Below are positions 24,761 through 36,258 of a DNA stretch of 64,000 nucleotides, in pieces; position 1 is the stretch's first letter, and the number at the start of each line of letters is the position of its first letter. The notes under the pieces were generated by a model. That model had not been told where the DNA came from. It did not search any database and was given only the letters and a program-made list of their open reading frames with translations. The position numbers were made by a program, and so were the translations under genes. Origin of the DNA: Octopus sinensis (Eukaryota); NCBI RefSeq assembly GCF_006345805.1, contig NC_043025.1, forward strand, positions 744,001 through 808,000. Reading direction: 5' to 3'.

Positions 24761-24966
24761 TCACCGTTCATCTAATGAGAGATATACAAGGGCAGCAAAG
24801 CACTCAGCATCTTTAAGGCCACTTCTGAGGGTCTCAACTGTACGTTCCCCTGGTTTACAATTTATAAACCACTCACAAAGCATTTGATAACTCTGTTTTA
24901 CTGTGTCACAAGGGAAAACGTTCTTGATAATATCCTGGTCAATTGCTGGAATTCCTAAAAAAATAC
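24761..24966 (-). pseudogene. Terminal exon of ankyrin-RING-death domain pseudogene: death domain C-terminal part
   Basis: Acceptor tcttttgcag|GT; reads GIFLGIPAIDQDIIKNVFPCDTVKQSYQMLCEWFINCKPGERTVETLRSGLKDAECFAAL...* (LGI..I....P....Q...ML..W.....T...L...L death-fold pattern). AATAAA at 24527-24532 on minus strand. Confidence 0.75.
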
Positions 24967-25009
24967 CTGCAAAAGATACAATAAGAAATAACAGGAACAG
25001 TATTAACAA

Positions 25010-25394
25010 TCTTTCTATATATAAAGCTGAAGTTGTCTGTGTATGACAGGTTTGGTAGCCTTCAACTAACATTATCTCCTCTGAGACCCTACGGCGCAAG
25101 TTGACCAAAATTGAGAGTATGATAGAAGAAGGCTTGCTCTTCCTTCCGTACAAGAATCGGACCATGTTAACACCCAAAAAATTATTTACATCAAAAAGGT
25201 GCTTTTTTTCTATGAAAATCCCTATTTTTTAACGATTTTTTGACTGATGTGTCGCCATTTTTCGGTGTATTTCAACTAGAAAAATGTTCACTTAAGGAGA
25301 ATAACAAGCTATATAATGCCGAAATTTTACTTTTCAAAAATTCCAGTTCTAAAGGCTCGAAACAAACCCGAGCAACGCCGGACGATACTGCTAG
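25010..25394 (+). mobile_element. Non-autonomous Helitron
   Basis: A|TC start, subterminal hairpin CCG-AGCAACGC-CGG, CTAG|T end; no TSD. Confidence 0.8.
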
Positions 25395-25902
25395 TGTTAT
25401 AGTAAAAGTCTTTATCTTTATCAACAATCTAAATTTTATTATTGAGAGACATTCCTAACATCAATGTCAACCAGCAATCACAATGGCTTTGGACAATAAT
25501 TTTATACTGTCACCATTTAGCGTTTAAACCGGCCATATCCGGCCCAAATATTCTATATGTTTTATATCCAAACTGGCAATATTAAGCCTCTCATACCAAA
25601 CCTAAATTGACATTCTAAAAATAAACAATCGCAGCATTGAAACCTCGAAGATATAAGATAATGCATGATTAATTCAAAACAATTTGAATAAAAAAATATT
25701 ACATTTAACAGAGTAATCTGAACACTAAAGGATTCAACAATATTTAGATCCAAAACAAACATTTGATTGATCTTCGTAAATGTCCTCTATTAAGACATCT
25801 TACGTAATCTAACAATGTTGCAATTATATCACTTAATTATCACTTAATTACAGTTTCTCTCTAAGTTTTGTTTACTTTGCTTATATCTGTGCCAAATCAT
25901 GT

Positions 25903-26225
25903 GAAGGCGCATGGCTCAGTGGTTAGAGCGTTGAGATTATGATCGTGAGGTTGTGAGTTCGAATCCCGGACCGGGCTGCGTGTTGTGTTCTTGAGCAAGA
26001 TACTTTATTTCACGTTGCTCCAGTTCACTCAGCTGTAACAAAAGCTAGGGTCAAGCTGTATCGGCGCCTTTTCCCTCCCCATGGATAACACTGGTGGCGT
26101 GGAGAGGGGAGGCCTGGGCGACTGCTGGTCTTCCATAATCAACTTTGTCCGGACTTGTGTCTGGGAGAGTAACTTTCTAGGTTCAATCTCATGGACAGTC
26201 ATGACTGAAGGGGTCGCTCTCTTTC
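25903..26225 (+). mobile_element. tRNA-derived SINE, family C
   Basis: TGGCTCAGTGG A-box and GAGTTCGAATCCC B-box; related copy at 61850-62170. Confidence 0.75.
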
Positions 26226-26485
26226 CGTATGCCAAATCTATTACATGGCATTGTTCTCAAGACTAATCTTCACTAACAATCTGCTTAATTCCAATGTCAG
26301 ACAAGTTATTCATCAAAGATCTAGTAACAAACAAATGTCACAACCACTTCAAGAAGGATAAACATACACCTAATCCCTTTGTTAAACATTGTTGCTGATA
26401 GTATTTAATTTTACATTTTATTCTACACAATAAGGGCAATGAGACAAGCAGGACAAACAGACAGATCATCAAAGAGCATTCTTAC

Positions 26486-26625
26486 CAACTCGACTTCTGC
26501 TTGTTACAGGTTTTAAACACCTCAGACATCGTTTCAGTGGAACGTTTGAACATTCTTCACATGTCACAAGGTGTCCACAGGGATGAACTTTTGTTGTGGC
26601 CGCTTTATTTCTGCACCACAATCAT
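26486..26625 (-). pseudogene. RING-finger exon (Mind bomb/IAP-type C3HC4) with nonsense codon
   Basis: ttgcacag|A TGA TTG TGG TGC... = (Q)*LWCRNKAATTKVHPCGHLVTCEECSNVPLKRCLRCLKPVTSRSRV G|gtaag. First RING Cys codon is TGA (26622-24); 140 nt, phase 2 to phase 1. Confidence 0.85.
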
Positions 26626-27060
26626 CTGTGCAACGAAATACAAACATATCTAATCAATAACATTCATTTATAAGAAATATGACATTGCGTACGTGTTTAC
26701 AGAAGAGAATATTATGAGACACTTCAGTGACAATCAAGAGCACATCAGAAATTCTTTAAACCATTACATATTGGCAGATTTGTCTGTAGCTAAATAGTCC
26801 ATGCACACACACACACACACACATACATAAAATGTGGGGTGCCAGTGAGGTACCTCTGTCAATAGAACCCATTATGTGAATGTAATTGAAACAGTGTTCT
26901 TTCTTTGACCACCCAACAACTACAATTGTTGTTTTGTGCTACCTTTCATCAAAACACTAGCAACAGTTTTATTTATTGTTAGAATTTAAACGAAACACAC
27001 ATATAAACATGATTATTACATACAAAATAGTTTATCTTGTCATTGCCAGGAAATACTTAC

Positions 27061-27193
27061 TGTGGCGGTAAAAATGTTTGTAATTTTGTTTTCAAATTTG
27101 GGTTTTTAATGAGGTCCAATGGCTGGCGAGATATCTGGTAACCACAAGGGCAGAGAACCTTTCGTCTTTGCTCAAGCTGAGCTCAGTGCAGCA
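27061..27193 (-). pseudogene. Exon preceding RING, frameshifted
   Basis: cctttgtag|TGC TGC ACT...CCTELSLSKDERFSALVVTRYLASH // PLDLIKNPNLKTKLQTFLPPQ CA|gtaagt; the frame changes at YLAS/PLDL. Confidence 0.75.
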
Positions 27194-27309
27194 CTACAAA
27201 GGATGAAATATAAAATGATAACAATATTACACAAATATTCATAACAGATACCTCTAATTACAGAACAGATCATATAAATCTAGTCATAGTTTGTTTATCC
27301 AGTAATTAA

Positions 27310-27516
27310 CCCTTTCGTTACCAACCCAGCTCAGGCTCTGTAATACAAATGTCTTGTTTTCAAAAGTTCTGAATTAAAATCTTCCACCAAACCTTAGTCA
27401 CAATTTATGTTCCTAACACTAGCTGAATGATAAGTTATTTTACTAAATTCTTTGTTATATTTAAAATAATTGAAAGAAACACAGAGCATCTCAAAATATA
27501 TACAGTAACGAAAGGG
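27310..27516. mobile_element. piggyBac-type MITE
   Basis: TTAA|CCCTTTCGTTAC ... GTAACGAAAGGG|TTAA. Confidence 0.9.
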
Positions 27517-28049
27517 TTAAACCAATTATAAAATATTAACTACCTCCATCATCTCTAATTCAGATCATTTCCCATTCTCATTCGTTTTTGACTTTATTTT
27601 CGACATTAATTTACGAAGCCCAGTATTGTTGCGTTTGTCAATATGTCTAAATGTAGAAAAATGGTGAAATATTCCTTTTGACAATCTATTAACGGCTTTT
27701 TAAAAAATAACTTGCTCGCTTTCTCCTTACATCATATACTACTAACGTACGCGGTAATCACATTCTGCTAAAATGGTTTATTGATGTGTTTTGTTCCTTT
27801 TCTTCCCTGATGAGATGATTGCATTGTTTTACATAATTTTTTATTCTCTCTGGAAGAATCTCAATACTTTTCTCGAAATATATGTTGGAAGTATAGATGG
27901 TTTAAATAGCATGTGTTTGATTCCACGTCTTAATTTATCTTTTTCTTTCTCTCTCTGTATATAAATATGTATGTATATATATATATATATATATATGAGT
28001 CAAGTACATTTACACCAACATCAAATGAAAATTGAATGGAAATTGTAGT

Positions 28050-28305
28050 TAAGACACCCGTACCGGTGACACGTAAAAGCACCAACCGATCATGGCCGTT
28101 AACCAGTCTCCTCTGGCCCCTGTGCTGGTGGCACGTAAAAAGCACCCACTACACTCACGGAGTGGTTGGCGTTAGGAAGGGCATCCAGCTGTAGAAACTC
28201 TGCCAGATCAGACTGGTGCCTGGTGCAGCGTCCTGGCTTCGCAGACCCCGGTCGAACTGTCCAACTCATGCTAGCATGGAAAACGGATGTTAAACAATGA
28301 TGATG
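28050..28305 (+). mobile_element. SINE-like family D ((GAT)n tail, GGCACGTAAAAAGCACC internal repeats)
   Basis: Related copies at 33360-33750, 34620-34820, 43045-45915, 48850-49142 and 51260-51575. Confidence 0.7.
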
Positions 28306-28669
28306 ATGATATGTATGTATATATATGTATATATATATATGATATGAGAAAATATGGAAGAAAGGAAAATGGAATTCATGAGACTCTTCATTCCATATTC
28401 TTTATCTCATATTTCATAAAAATCTACGGACATGAAGTAAATCCAATGGTATTTAAATCTGTACTGTTGATGACATCAGATAGCCGAATACGATGAACAG
28501 GCTTTAACCAGCATACTAGAAGGTGTATACCTAAACTTAGAATCATTACCTTCATGTGTTTGTGTGTGTACCTAACTGTACATACAAAACTTAAATACAG
28601 GAAAACTCACTAAGGACCATGCTTCATTGTATCCATTTTCTAGTGTCCTAACGTTGAACATTGTTATGA

Positions 28670-28897
28670 CATTATTTACATTTGATGGATGTTCTTATCT
28701 TGTTTGTTGTTAACACGACGTTTCAGCTGATATACCCTCCAGCCTTTATCAATTGTCTTGGGGGAAATTTCGAACCTGGGTTCTCATTCCTAAGTATTTT
28801 TCGATGCTATTATAATTATTATTCAGGTCACACCCTGGAATCGAACTCAGAATCTTGGGATTAGTAGGCCCCGCTTTTAACCACTATGCCATATGCC
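28670..28897 (-). mobile_element. tRNA-headed SINE with hammerhead-like 3' module, copy 1
   Basis: A-box TGGCATAGTGG (28881-91), B-box GTTCGATTCC (28837-46), then TTGATAA-AGGCTG-GAGGGTATAT-CAGCT-GAAAC-GTC-GTGTT. Confidence 0.7.
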
Positions 28898-28901
28898 CAC
28901 A

Positions 28902-29185
28902 TGCATATGGTGTAGTGGTTACATTATTTACAACTGACGGATATTTGTCCTCATCTTGTTGTTTCGGCTGATATACCCTCCGGCCTTCATCGGGTGTCTT
29001 GGGGAAATTTCGAACCTGGGTTCTCATTCCTAAGGTATTTTCGATATTATTATTATTATTATTCAGGTCACTGACTGGAATTGAACTTGGAATCTTGGGG
29101 GTTAGTAGCCTGCGCTCTTAACCACTATGCCATATGCATGTCAAATGTAAATAATGTACGTAATTCCTCATCTCTTAAATATAGA
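28902..29185. mobile_element. tRNA-headed SINE with hammerhead-like 3' module, copy 2 (internally inverted)
   Basis: A-box 29122-32, B-box 29077-86 and CCGATGA-AGGCCG...CAGCC-GAAAC (28961-93) on minus strand; plus-strand head and tail stubs flank it. Confidence 0.7.
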
Positions 29186-29630
29186 ATTGTTATATGTCTA
29201 CAAGAAGTCAGTGGATACATGTCATGTACAAGAAGTAGGATAGAGAGCAGTTTCACTCAGAATTCTTCATAGAATGGACTGGATGTATTTACCATGGCAC
29301 CAGCACTATAAAGCTCAGACATCTCTTCTATCCTGCATCATTGTTAATTGAGAATTATATCTCCTCTATTAAATAGGCCACTTCTCTGTCACATTGTGAT
29401 GGCTGTGTTTATATGGCCAACAGCCGAGATGGGTCACCTCTCAACCGTGGTGAGACGACATCTTTGAGAGTGAAAGGAGATGGAATATTGTTTGTTACAT
29501 AATATCACTCGGGTCATAAGGGGAGACTGGATCACGGAATGGTAATGGAGGATGGGGTTGATAGGGGAGAATTGATACATGACAAGCAAAGCTTGTCTGT
29601 CTGTCTCTCTCTCTCTCTCACAACACACAC

Positions 29631-29691
<61 letters not shown>

Positions 29692-29709
29692 AACAATTGT
29701 AAAATTTAT

Positions 29710-29882
29710 CTAATCTAAAATATCCATGGGTGTACCCTCGGAATTAAACATCTCTTTTCATAGCAAGGTGCAAACAGTTATTGCCTTCACCATCAACAGC
29801 ATTTCGCGAGGTGGCCCCTGGAAACGGCTTCAAGCAACAGTGTCATTTTCTGATTGTTCTTCAATTCTGATTTCACTGAACC
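29710..29882 (-). pseudogene. Ankyrin-repeat exon, decayed
   Basis: acaaag|GSVKSELKNNQKMTLLLEAVSRGHL // NAVDGEGNNCLHLAMKR / MFNSEGTPMDILD*; frameshifts, and the expected donor reads ATAAAT. Confidence 0.75.
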
Positions 29883-31706
29883 CTTTGTGGGGGTAAAAAT
29901 AGAAAATGAAAATTTACATGAAAATCCGGGTGAATATCAATGTGTCGTTATTATCTTCTACTGGGTACTTGATCAAACTGATCAGATACATTTGCTGTCT
30001 GTCAATAAAGTTAACCTTCATGATGTCTTCTATAATTTGCTCTGTGTATGTGTTAGATACACGATAAAGGCTTCATAAACAAATTGCTTCAGCCTAACCT
30101 ATCTTTATCCCTTACTATGGTAAGGCAGCTTCAGGGGTAGCTTCTGTAAATATGCTAAGCACTGATGCTGGTCATAATTCAATCAATAAACACAGGAGCA
30201 AGTAAAAATAGGAGAAGGGGGTAAGCGGGGCCCCATTTAAGAGGCCCTTCAGAAATTAAATTGAACCTTCTATGGTGGTGAGCTGGCAGAAACGTTAGCA
30301 CGTTGGGCAAAATGCTTAGTGGTATTTTCTCTGCCGCTACGTTCTGAGTTCAAATTCCGCCGAGGTCAACTTTGCCTTTCATCCTTTCGGCATCGATAAA
30401 TTAAGTACCAGTTATGAACTAGGGTCGATGTAATCGACTTAATCAGTTTGTCTGTCCTTGTTTGTCCCCTCTGTGTTTAGCCCCTTGTTGGTAGTAAAGA
30501 AATAAGAAACGTTAGCACGCCGGGCGAAAAGCTTAGCGGTATTTAGTCTGTCTTTATGTTCTGAGTTCAAATTCCGCCAAGGTCGACTTTGACTTTCATC
30601 CTCTTGGGATCGATAAATGAAGTACCAGTTGCACACTGAGGTTGATCTACTCGACAGGCCCCAAAATTTCGGGCCTTGTGCCCAGAGTAGAAAAGAAATC
30701 GAACCTCCTTACGATACTCCCTGGGCATTCATGGTATGAAATTTATCGTCATTGCTCCAATGCCATGTATTTATTTTAAAATGCAGTAAAAATAGTGGGG
30801 CCCCAATTAGGTGGTCCTTCAAAACATAAATTCTCTCAGTATTGGCGAGTTACTGGTTTAAGTTTCGTTTTCTCTAATGACCTAATAACTATTAATTATC
30901 TCTATCATTGTGATGTTTGTATTTTTCACGTTTTTCTTCCCTCTTTCCATAACTTCCAGCCAACATTATGATGTGGTGGCTTTGATGCTGGTCGAGGTTA
31001 GTTAACAAATGCATATTATATACACTCTCTCGTCTTTGATTGATCTGTTAAATATTGATATCATTAAGGTACCAGTGAAATAATGGGGGTAGGTTTAATC
31101 ACCTGTATACTCTTTTACTTGTTTCAGTCATTTGACTGTGGCCATGCTGGAGCACCACCTTTAGTCGAACAAATCGACCCCAGGACTAATTCTTTGTAAG
31201 CCTAGTACTTATTCTATCGGTCTCTTTTGCTGAACCACTTAGTCGATTTGTTCGACTAGAAGTGGTGCTCCAGCATGGCCACAGTCAAATGACTGAAACA
31301 AGTAAAAGAGTATACAGGTGATTAAACCTACCCCCATTATTTCACTGGTACCTTAATGATATCAATATTTAACAGATCAATGAAAGACTAGAGAGTGTAT
31401 ATAATATGCATTTGTTAACTAACCTCGGCCAGCATCAAAGCCACCACATCATAATGTTGGCTGGAAGTTATGGAAGGAGGAAAGAAAAACGTGAAAGGAT
31501 CTAGGAGGAGTTAACGAACACAAAAACATAACGAGCAAAGAACCATCACTCAAATTTATAATAGGATAGGGCATGAAATTTGTTATATTTTGGTTAATTT
31601 CATAATGACCTTCTTTCATCTGACCATTAAAAATACTATTGTCAGTGGTGGTGGTCAGCTGGGCTGTCACCGCCACAAATGCCATCACCATCATGATCAA
31701 TATACA

Positions 31707-32040
31707 GGCACAGGAGTGGCTGTGTGGTAAGTAGCTTGCTTCCCAACCACATGGTTCCGGGTTCATTCCCACCGCGTGGCACCTTGCGCCAGTGTTTTCT
31801 ACTATAGCCTCAGGCTGACCAAAGCCGTGTGAGTGGATTTGGAAGACGGAAACTGAAAGAATCCCGTTGTATATATGTGTGTGTGCGTGTGTGTTTGTCC
31901 TCCCCACCTCCCAACATCGCTTGAAAACCGATGCTGGTGTGTTTACATCCCCATAACTTAGTGGTTCGGCAGCAAAAGAGACCGATAGAATAAGTACTAG
32001 GCTTAAAAAGAATTAGTCTTGGGGTCGATTTGCTCGACTA
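31707..32040 (+). mobile_element. SINE family A, truncated by rearrangement
   Basis: Head match; 3' part joined to an inverted copy of 30883-31108. Confidence 0.75.
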
Positions 32041-32298
32041 ACGGATTAAACCTACCCCCATTATTTCACTGGTACCTTAATGATATTAATATTTAACAGA
32101 TCAATCAAAGACTAGAGAGTGTATTTAATATGCATTTGTTAACTTACCTCGGCCAGCATCAAAGCCACCACATCATAATGTTGGCTGGAAGTTATGGAAA
32201 GAGGGAAGAAAAACGTGAAAAATACAAACATCACAATGATAGAGATAATTAATAGTTATTAGGTCATTAGAGAAAACAAATGTAATTAAGTCAACATA

Positions 32299-32700
32299 GG
32301 CGCAGGAGTGACTGTGTGGTAAGTAGCTTGCTAACTAATCACATGGTTCCGGGTTCAGTCCCACTGCGTGGCATCTTGGGCAAGTGTCTTCTGCTATAGC
32401 CCCAGGCCGACCAATGCTTGTGAGTGGATTTGGTAGATGGAAACTGAAAGAAGCCTGTCGTATATATGTATATATATATGTGTGTGTGTGTGTGTGTTTG
32501 TGTGTCTGTTTTTGTCCCCCCACCATTGCTTGACAACCGATGCTGGTGTCTTTACGTCCCCGTAACTTAGCGGTTCGGCAAAAAGAGACCGATAGAATAA
32601 GTACTGGGCTTACAAAGAATAAGTCCCGGGGTCGAGTTGCTCGATTAAAGGCGGTGCTCCAGCATGGCCGCAGTCAAAATGACTGAAGCAAGTAAAGAGA
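32299..32700 (+). mobile_element. SINE family A
   Basis: Full-length match. Confidence 0.8.
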
Positions 32701-33908
32701 AAGAAAAAGAAGAAAAAAAGATATATTTATTCACTACACACTCTACACAGTACAAAAATGATATATACACACCTGAGTAAACACAGAAATGTATATATGG
32801 TACAATGAACAACAGTTATATAAACATGAAATTTAGGAGAGAAAGAAGGGCTATAGATAGTTGTATGGACCCCATTACATGACTGGTATTGCATTTTATC
32901 AACCTTGCAAAGATGGAAGGACAAGTCGATCTTGGCAGGATTTGAACTCAGAACATAAAGAGTCATAAATAAATACCACAAGGTATTTTGTCCAACAGTA
33001 ATAAGACACAAGAAACAGAGTGCAGAGGGAGAACAGTTTATTGCATAAACCCCTGGATATTACTGGTACATATTATAATGACACCAGAGTGGTAATAGAT
33101 ACTCTGGCAAGATTTGAACATGGAACATAAAGAAACAAATGTAAATACTGAAAGGGGGTGATTCTGTATTTAGCCCAGGGTGAGAGGAAAAAGGGAAATT
33201 ACAAGAGCGAGAGAGAGAGAGAAGGCGGAGGTTTTACATGCGATGAACAGAAGAAAAGGGAGGGTTTGAACCTGTAACGTTGAGGTAACGGAGAATGAGA
33301 TGACCAGTCAGGCAAGAACAACGACCAAAATTATGGTGATGATTAATTAAAGTAGAATCAAAATCAAATTCGATGACTGGCATCCGTGCTAGCGGGGTGC
33401 AAAGAGCACTATACGAGTGTGATCGTTGACAGAGCAGCTAACCGGCTTCCGTGCCAGTGGCACATAAAAGGCACCATTCGAGTGTGATTGTTATTAGCGT
33501 CGCCTTACTGGCACCTGTACCGGTGGCATGTGTAAAAAGATTCGAGTGAGGTCGTTCCTGACTGGCCCCCGTGCCAGTGGAACGTAAAAGCACCCACTAC
33601 ACTCTCGGAGTGGTTGGCGTTAGGAAGGGCATCCAGCTGTAGAAACTCTGCCAGATCAAGATGTTGCCTGGTGCAGGATTGGTTCGCCAGTCCTCAGTCA
33701 AATTGTCCAACCCATGCTAGCATGGAAAGCGGACGTTAAACGATGATGATGAAGAAGATTACAGTGACATTACAGTGTGAAAGAGGGAAGAACGACAACA
33801 AACCCATGGTGGGATTATGGCATGAATGACTCATTGAAAAAATGCGACAAACATTATTGAAAGTGCAAAAGAAACAGATTTGGATATTCCAGAATCGAAG
33901 GGACTTAC

Positions 33909-34055
33909 TTTCAAACAGCCAAATGTAAGGGTGTGTCACCATATTGTCACCGATATTGGCATTAATGCCATGTGCAATGTGAATTACAACAGGCCAACTG
34001 TGTCTGTGTAACCAGAACTACAGGTGTAGTGTAAGGAGTTATCTCGTTGGTTCAC
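33909..34055 (-). pseudogene. Ankyrin-repeat exon, decayed
   Basis: VNQRDNSLHYTCSSGYTDTVGLL*.../GINANIGDN/GDTPLHLAV*K|gtaagt; the acceptor reads ttcgg instead of ttcag. Confidence 0.75.
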
Positions 34056-34165
34056 CCGAAGAAAAGAAGAAAAAAAATAGTAAAAATGGTGTTGGAAGGG
34101 GAGGAGAAAAATTAAAAGAAAAAAAGAACACAGAAAAAGATAAGAAAAAGAATCTAATTCATTAA

Positions 34166-34387
34166 CCCTTTCGTTACCAACATGGCTGAAACCGCCTCTG
34201 GCTCTGTAGTACAAATGTCTTGTTTTCATACATTCTGAATTAAAATCTTCCACCAAATCTTAGTCGCAATTTATGTCCCTAATACTATCTTAATAATAAC
34301 TAAGTTATTTTACTAAATTCTTTGTTATATTTAAAATTAATTGAAAGAAACACAGAACATCTCAACAGAAATATGGTAACGAAAGGC
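34166..34387. mobile_element. piggyBac-type MITE, second copy
   Basis: TTAA|CCCTTTCGTTACC ... GGTAACGAAAGGC|TTAA; internal sequence similar to 27310-27516. Confidence 0.85.
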
Positions 34388-35149
34388 TTAAAGGAGTGGA
34401 ATGATTGGGGCAGGGAGTAATTAAATGGAATTTATACTGTATTTACACATACGTGTATACACACACACACATATATATATATATATGTATATATATATGT
34501 GTGTATGTGTGTGGAGGCGCAATGGCCCAGTGGTTAGGCCAGCAGACTTGCAGTCGTAGGATCGCTGCTTTGATTCCCAGTCTTGAAATGGGTAACTACT
34601 TACCTTATCCACACATACACACCATCAACATCATCGTTTAACGTCCGTTTTCCATGCTAGCATGGGTTGAACGGTTCAACTGGTGTCTGGGAAGCCAGGA
34701 AGCTGCACCTGGCTCCAATCTTGATCTGGCAGAGTTTCTACTGCTGGATGCCCTTCCTAACGCCAACCACTCCATGAGTGTAGTGAGTGCATTTTACGTG
34801 CCACGGGCACAGGTGCCAGGGGTGTGAATATTTGAATCACTGATTCACTTTTGTTACTGATCCAACCTTTTCTGCCTAGCTTCAGCTAAACTCAGGTACA
34901 CATTCTTCATGTTTCATATACACATAAATTCTTATAAAATTTCCCCACAGCCCCTACACATGGGTAGTACTGACCTCTTTGAGAAGCCCAGCTCTATATT
35001 CCTGCAGACAATATCCCATCTACTGACTATCATCGTTTCCTTCTAACTTCCAATATTTCAATTTTGAAGTAAAAAGCTACAAAGAACCATCATCTTTGTC
35101 CTTTTGGGTATCTTTCTCTATTCAATGAACACCAGTACAGTTTTATAAA

Positions 35150-35400
35150 GCCAGATCAAGTTGGGGCTTGATTCCTATGTGACACACCAGTATTTTCGCA
35201 AGTTTGATAAATTCTGCAAAAGAATTGCTGTGGCCCTTGACATCAATAAAAGCTTCAACTGTTTGTGGCAAAAGGACTTCTTGACAAAGTCACCATCCAT
35301 CTACTAACTCCATCTTTCCCCTCATCTCTTGAGTTGAATATTTCCTGCCAGAATACCCCATTGCAGTGTGTGAGAATGGGTTTCTCTCTCACTCACATTC
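35150..35400 (+). pseudogene. LINE reverse-transcriptase fragment
   Basis: IAVALDI/KSFNCLWQK.LL.K resembles ALDISKAFDRVWH..LL.KL; frameshifted. Confidence 0.55.
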
Positions 35401-35434
35401 TCTTAATTCTAGCATGCTTCAAGGTTTGGTTAAA

Positions 35435-35828
35435 TCTCTCTCTCTATAAAGCTGAAGTTGTCTGTGTATGGCAGGTTGGTAGCCTTCAACTAACACTATC
35501 TCCTCCGAGACCCTGAGGCGCAAGGTGACCAAAATTGAGAATATGATAGAAGAAGCCTTGCTCTTCATTCCGTAGAAGATAAAATTCAAATCAGACCATG
35601 TTAAGACCAAAAATTATTTACATCAAAAAGGTGCTTTTTTTCTATGAAAATCCCCTATTTTTTAACGATTTTTTGACTGATGTGTCGCCATTTTTCGGTG
35701 TATTTCAACCAGAAAAATGTTCACTTAAAGAGAATAAAAAGCCACATAACGCAAAATTTTTACTTTTCAAAAAATTCCAATTCTAAAGGGTCAAAACAAA
35801 CCTGAGCAACGCCGGGCTATACTGCTAG
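35435..35828 (+). mobile_element. Non-autonomous Helitron, second copy
   Basis: Same family as 25010-25394; A|TC...GAGCAACGCCGGG...CTAG|T. Confidence 0.8.
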
Positions 35829-35990
35829 TATATATAAAAAGTGACAATGATGAGGATTACAGGAAAGAGTTGAAGAAAGAAATGAAACATTATGGACAAA
35901 TGTATGTGATTACTTAGGAACATTTCATATTGTGTATAAAATAAGAAACAAGCAATCAAATTTGAGAAGGAAATAAACAGAACAACTTAC

Positions 35991-36069
35991 TTCATCTGGA
36001 TGCTCAGTTATGAAGATTTTGACTGCTTCAATGTCACCATTTTTTTCATGATCTCATTGATGTCCATGT
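35991..36069 (-). pseudogene. Probable first coding exon (start of first ankyrin repeat), frameshifted
   Basis: tttaaaag|AC ATG GAC ATC AAT GAG ATC ATG AAA // AAT GGT GAC ATT GAA GCA GTC AAA ... CCA GAT GAA|gtaagt = MDINEIMK/NGDIEAVKIFITEHPDE; phase 0 matches the next exon. Confidence 0.6.
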
Positions 36070-36258
36070 CTTTTAAATGAAAGATGTCAAAAGAGAAAAT
36101 ATAAGAATTTAAAAAAAAACTCCTAAAATGAGGTAAACAACAATAAACAGAAGTTGATGGTTCTAAAATCTTGCATAAGATAACAAAAATATTGTAAACT
36201 TCAGTTTATCTAAACTATTATTCATAGCTGAATGTTCTTCTTGACACTAATAAACCAA

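Noticed and set aside
27806-27880. CTGATGA followed later by GAAA
   Set aside because: Stem II cannot form beyond 2 bp and there is no stem I or III.
25903-29137. tRNA-like sequences at SINE heads
   Set aside because: They have A/B boxes but no complete cloverleaf acceptor stem, and continue into SINE bodies; not tRNA genes.
29290-29460. Apparent AG/GT-bounded minus-strand exon between the ankyrin and pre-RING exons
   Set aside because: All frames contain stops and there is no convincing ankyrin motif; the flanking exons already join in phase without it.
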